Positions 18,043 to 20,849 of a DNA stretch of 20,849 nt are shown here, in pieces. The notes under the pieces are model-generated. The model worked only from the letters and a program-made list of their open reading frames with translations, had not been told where the DNA came from and searched no databases. The DNA is from Paraphysomonas bandaiensis (lineage: Eukaryota > Protista > Chrysophyceae), in assembly GCA_965644295.1 (NCBI GenBank), contig CBFFRP010000624.1, forward strand, positions 1 through 20,849, given 5' to 3'. Numbering within the stretch: the first letter of the stretch is position 1; each line of letters starts with the position of its first letter. Position numbers and translations under genes: made by a program.

Positions 18043-20849
18043 TACTAATAAGCGTCTATCTACCCCGAAGCCATCCACGCCAGGCTCTTGCACATTATGG
18101 AGCAAATTGACCAAGCTAGGGAGAGCGTCCCGTGGTATCTGTACGGCCGACGCCTACAAGCTCCTATGCAACATCCTTACCCGAAGTGGGTCACTAAAGC
18201 CAGAGCCAAGGACCATACTGTCATTGTCGCCGGCGACTTCAATGGCTCCATGGGAGACAAATCCGAAAGGCAGAGACATACGACCACTTGCCGACAAACT
18301 CCAACTGGCTGCACCACTCCATGAGCTTCTCCTACCCAGGAAAACATATCATACCTTCCACAGATTAGACAAAGGAATATCGCGGATCCTGATCATATTC
18401 TGCACACGCCGTTACTTCCGAACATGTCTGTTACGGACACTGGCTGCCTTGACTCCCCTCACTACTCGCAGCAGCCTTCGATCATCGACCAGTCTGGGTC
18501 GGTTTCACTGTACCGAGTCAATCATGACCCTCGACCCACTAGGAGTCGCACCTCCGAATCCCCCGTCTCAATGTAAACCCGAAGGACTCCAAGGAAATGC
18601 AGGCATACACCGCAAGACTCCTCCAACTTCATGCACAACTACCACATTTAGACAACGGATCGTCTGCCATACTCCCTCCTGAGGTGGCAGCCAACAGACT
18701 AGCGGCCATCCATCCTGACCCTCAGGCTTCGCTTGAAGCGAAGCGTCCTACGTATACACATAGCACACGACTACACGAACGTTGTCAGCGCAAACGCTCA
18801 AAGTTCAAGAATGGCTTTTCCCGGAAATGAGAGTAATACAGGAAGGAATGATCATGGTTTTGCGGATTATCCAAAAGATGTTCAATTCTGCCGGATGCAA
18901 ACGGCATGGATGGCGCGGCCCCGGCAACCACCCCACCCACGAAATCATCACTGCATGGTTCATCCGATGGGACTCCTATCTCAGGAGGTTCTCAGGGTCA
19001 CATCAAAGGCGCCTCAGGCATAGCCTGGTGCAGCCATCGCAACGCGGACCCCCGAGTAATCCTGGGTTGGAACGAAAAGCAAGCCACCAAGAAAAACCTT
19101 CTCCGAATTGCCTTGCAATGAGAGGACTTCTTCATGGAAGAGCCGGGACAGAAATGCAGGACTAGACTCACGGCTCGCACCAATCAGATGGAGGCACTGC
19201 TACAGCAGAAAGACTGCAAGCAATTCTTCAGAAAATTGGTCTCAAGGTCAAAACACCACTCCGACTTACCACGGTGAAAACAACCCGAGCGGACATCCGC
19301 CGGCACGCAAGACATTCATGAAGCAGTAATGCACTTCCGTGAACATCATGCCAAACCTCCTGGACTTGACCCTGTAGCACAACAGCTCCAGGATGACCCT
19401 GGGCAATCTGTGATCCGAGGCTCAGCGCTTGCCTTCAAGGCCTCCACCCCACTCAAGTGTTCCTCTTCCCCTGCAACTGGGGTTACGACGAGCCCCGTTG
19501 GCCCGCAACGGAACCACTCCGGCCATGGCAGCATCACACTCAAATCTACTCTTGCAAAAGACATCACCAGGGTAGATTCTACACACCTTCACTCTCTCTC
19601 CTTCAACCGCGCGCCTGGACCTCCAATGGTCTATCAACACAAGTCATTCTGGCCACCAATGGATTCCAGCGAGCTTACATCCTCACCGAATCTCTCTGGA
19701 AACATAAACATGTGCCAGGTGGAGAGGCAAGGTGGTATGCCCATTCTCAGAAACCAAGGAGAATCCTCCCTCACTAATCTAAGCAGTTGGTCTGGCGAAG
19801 TCAGTAGGAAAATATTAACAAGGATAATCGCCATGGTCCCTTGCGGGGAGGCAAAGAAAGTTTTGCATCCGTCCCAGCATGATTGTCGCTGGAGGGAACA
19901 GGACGGACTGGCAGTACTCCAGGTGCTCAGCTGGAAGAAGCAAGACGAAAAGGCGACCGGCAAATATGTACACTCTGGGACTTCAAGAAGGTATTAAACT
20001 CCAGTGCGCCTAACCTGTGCATCTCGCGTGGGCACGACTGGGCGTTCGGACGTGTAGTTGACTGGTTTGGCAACTTAGATGCCGGCGTTAACATTTCCCC
20101 TGGACACCATTCATCGCCGACAACATGAAGAACCCGTTCTCCTTGACCTCCTGACTCCGCAGACAGCCCGCACTTCATTACACCTATTCAGTCTGGTTTA
20201 AATGAGGTGCCTCACCCAAAGGCACAGAGTCCCATGCATACAGGTGGCACTCTGACATCAGCCTCTCCCATTGGCTGGACATTGAACTGTCAACAACGAG
20301 TCCAACATTTACCAACCTGTTCAACTCACGACTCCGACTACCGGCAAAATAAAGATCTCCTTCGCGGATGATCTTAACTAGTAGCTAAATCCATACGCTG
20401 CCCAACTCATTTGTATAGCTCTCTGCGTTCTGTGCTAGAATGGAACTCTCATCCCCAAAGTAGTTTGCACAGTGTTCCGATCCTACAAGATTCCAACAGA
20501 GTCACTCCGACCCCATTGGCTACATCATTCTCTACGACCAGATCAGCAGTCCACCAGGTCTCTCCAAACATCACTAGAGTCGATACATTACCTCGGAGCA
20601 GACCTTCCTCTCACAATCACAGACAGAGCCTCCCATGATTGTCAAATACACAAAGTCGACCACACCTAGGGATTAAACAGGCCTCAGCCGGCTGTAAAGT
20701 CATGGTTATCGAGACCCAAATCATACCGACTGCTCTATAGAGCCACCAGCTTCATGGCCACTACACTGGTACAGAGAAATTGACGCTGCTTGCGCAGCCA
20801 CTCCTACAGAAGGCCCTCAGTCCATTTGAATTACCCCACGGAACTGATC
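18040..20849 (+). pseudogene. Frameshifted continuation: C-half of APE endonuclease and reverse transcriptase
   Basis: LVLISVYLP in a shifted frame at ~18039, VIVAGDFN (GDFN 18232-18243), TFHR..SRI/DHIL, FDHRPVW (DH at 18480). RT motifs: RAPGP (~19608), EVSRKILTRII, LHPSQH, WDFKKVLNS (19976), FADD (20361-20372), HYLGA (20586). There are many frameshifts, from either decay or sequencing error. Confidence 0.8.

Larger units (their letters stand above)
13924..20849 (+). mobile_element. Non-LTR retrotransposon (APE-type LINE) with extra OTU and SET domains; 3' end beyond window, 5' boundary undefined
   Basis: APE endonuclease motifs are followed by RT motifs in canonical order. The sense strand is strongly C/A-rich and the region is intronless, unlike the neighbouring host genes. 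Confidence 0.88.

Overview
Eukaryotic, intron-rich genomic window with short (~45-60 nt) GT-AG introns, probably from a protist; a stramenopile-like origin is an impression, not demonstrated. From left to right: degenerate (CCCTAA)n telomere-type repeats abutting the 3' end of BUB3 (- strand); a divergently transcribed three-RRM gene; a decayed 2,035-bp hAT DNA transposon with intact TIRs and TSD; MCM2 (- strand); a non-coding zone with hairpin elements, a 133-bp MITE of the same hAT family and a diverged tandem duplication; and a ~7-kb non-LTR (LINE-like) retrotransposon running off the window end. The standout is the retrotransposon polyprotein. An OTU-like cysteine protease/deubiquitinase domain and a SET (lysine methyltransferase) domain are fused in frame directly upstream of the APE endonuclease and reverse transcriptase, so this LINE appears to carry its own chromatin/ubiquitin-modifying modules. 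All domain calls are by-eye motif recognition; no searches were run.
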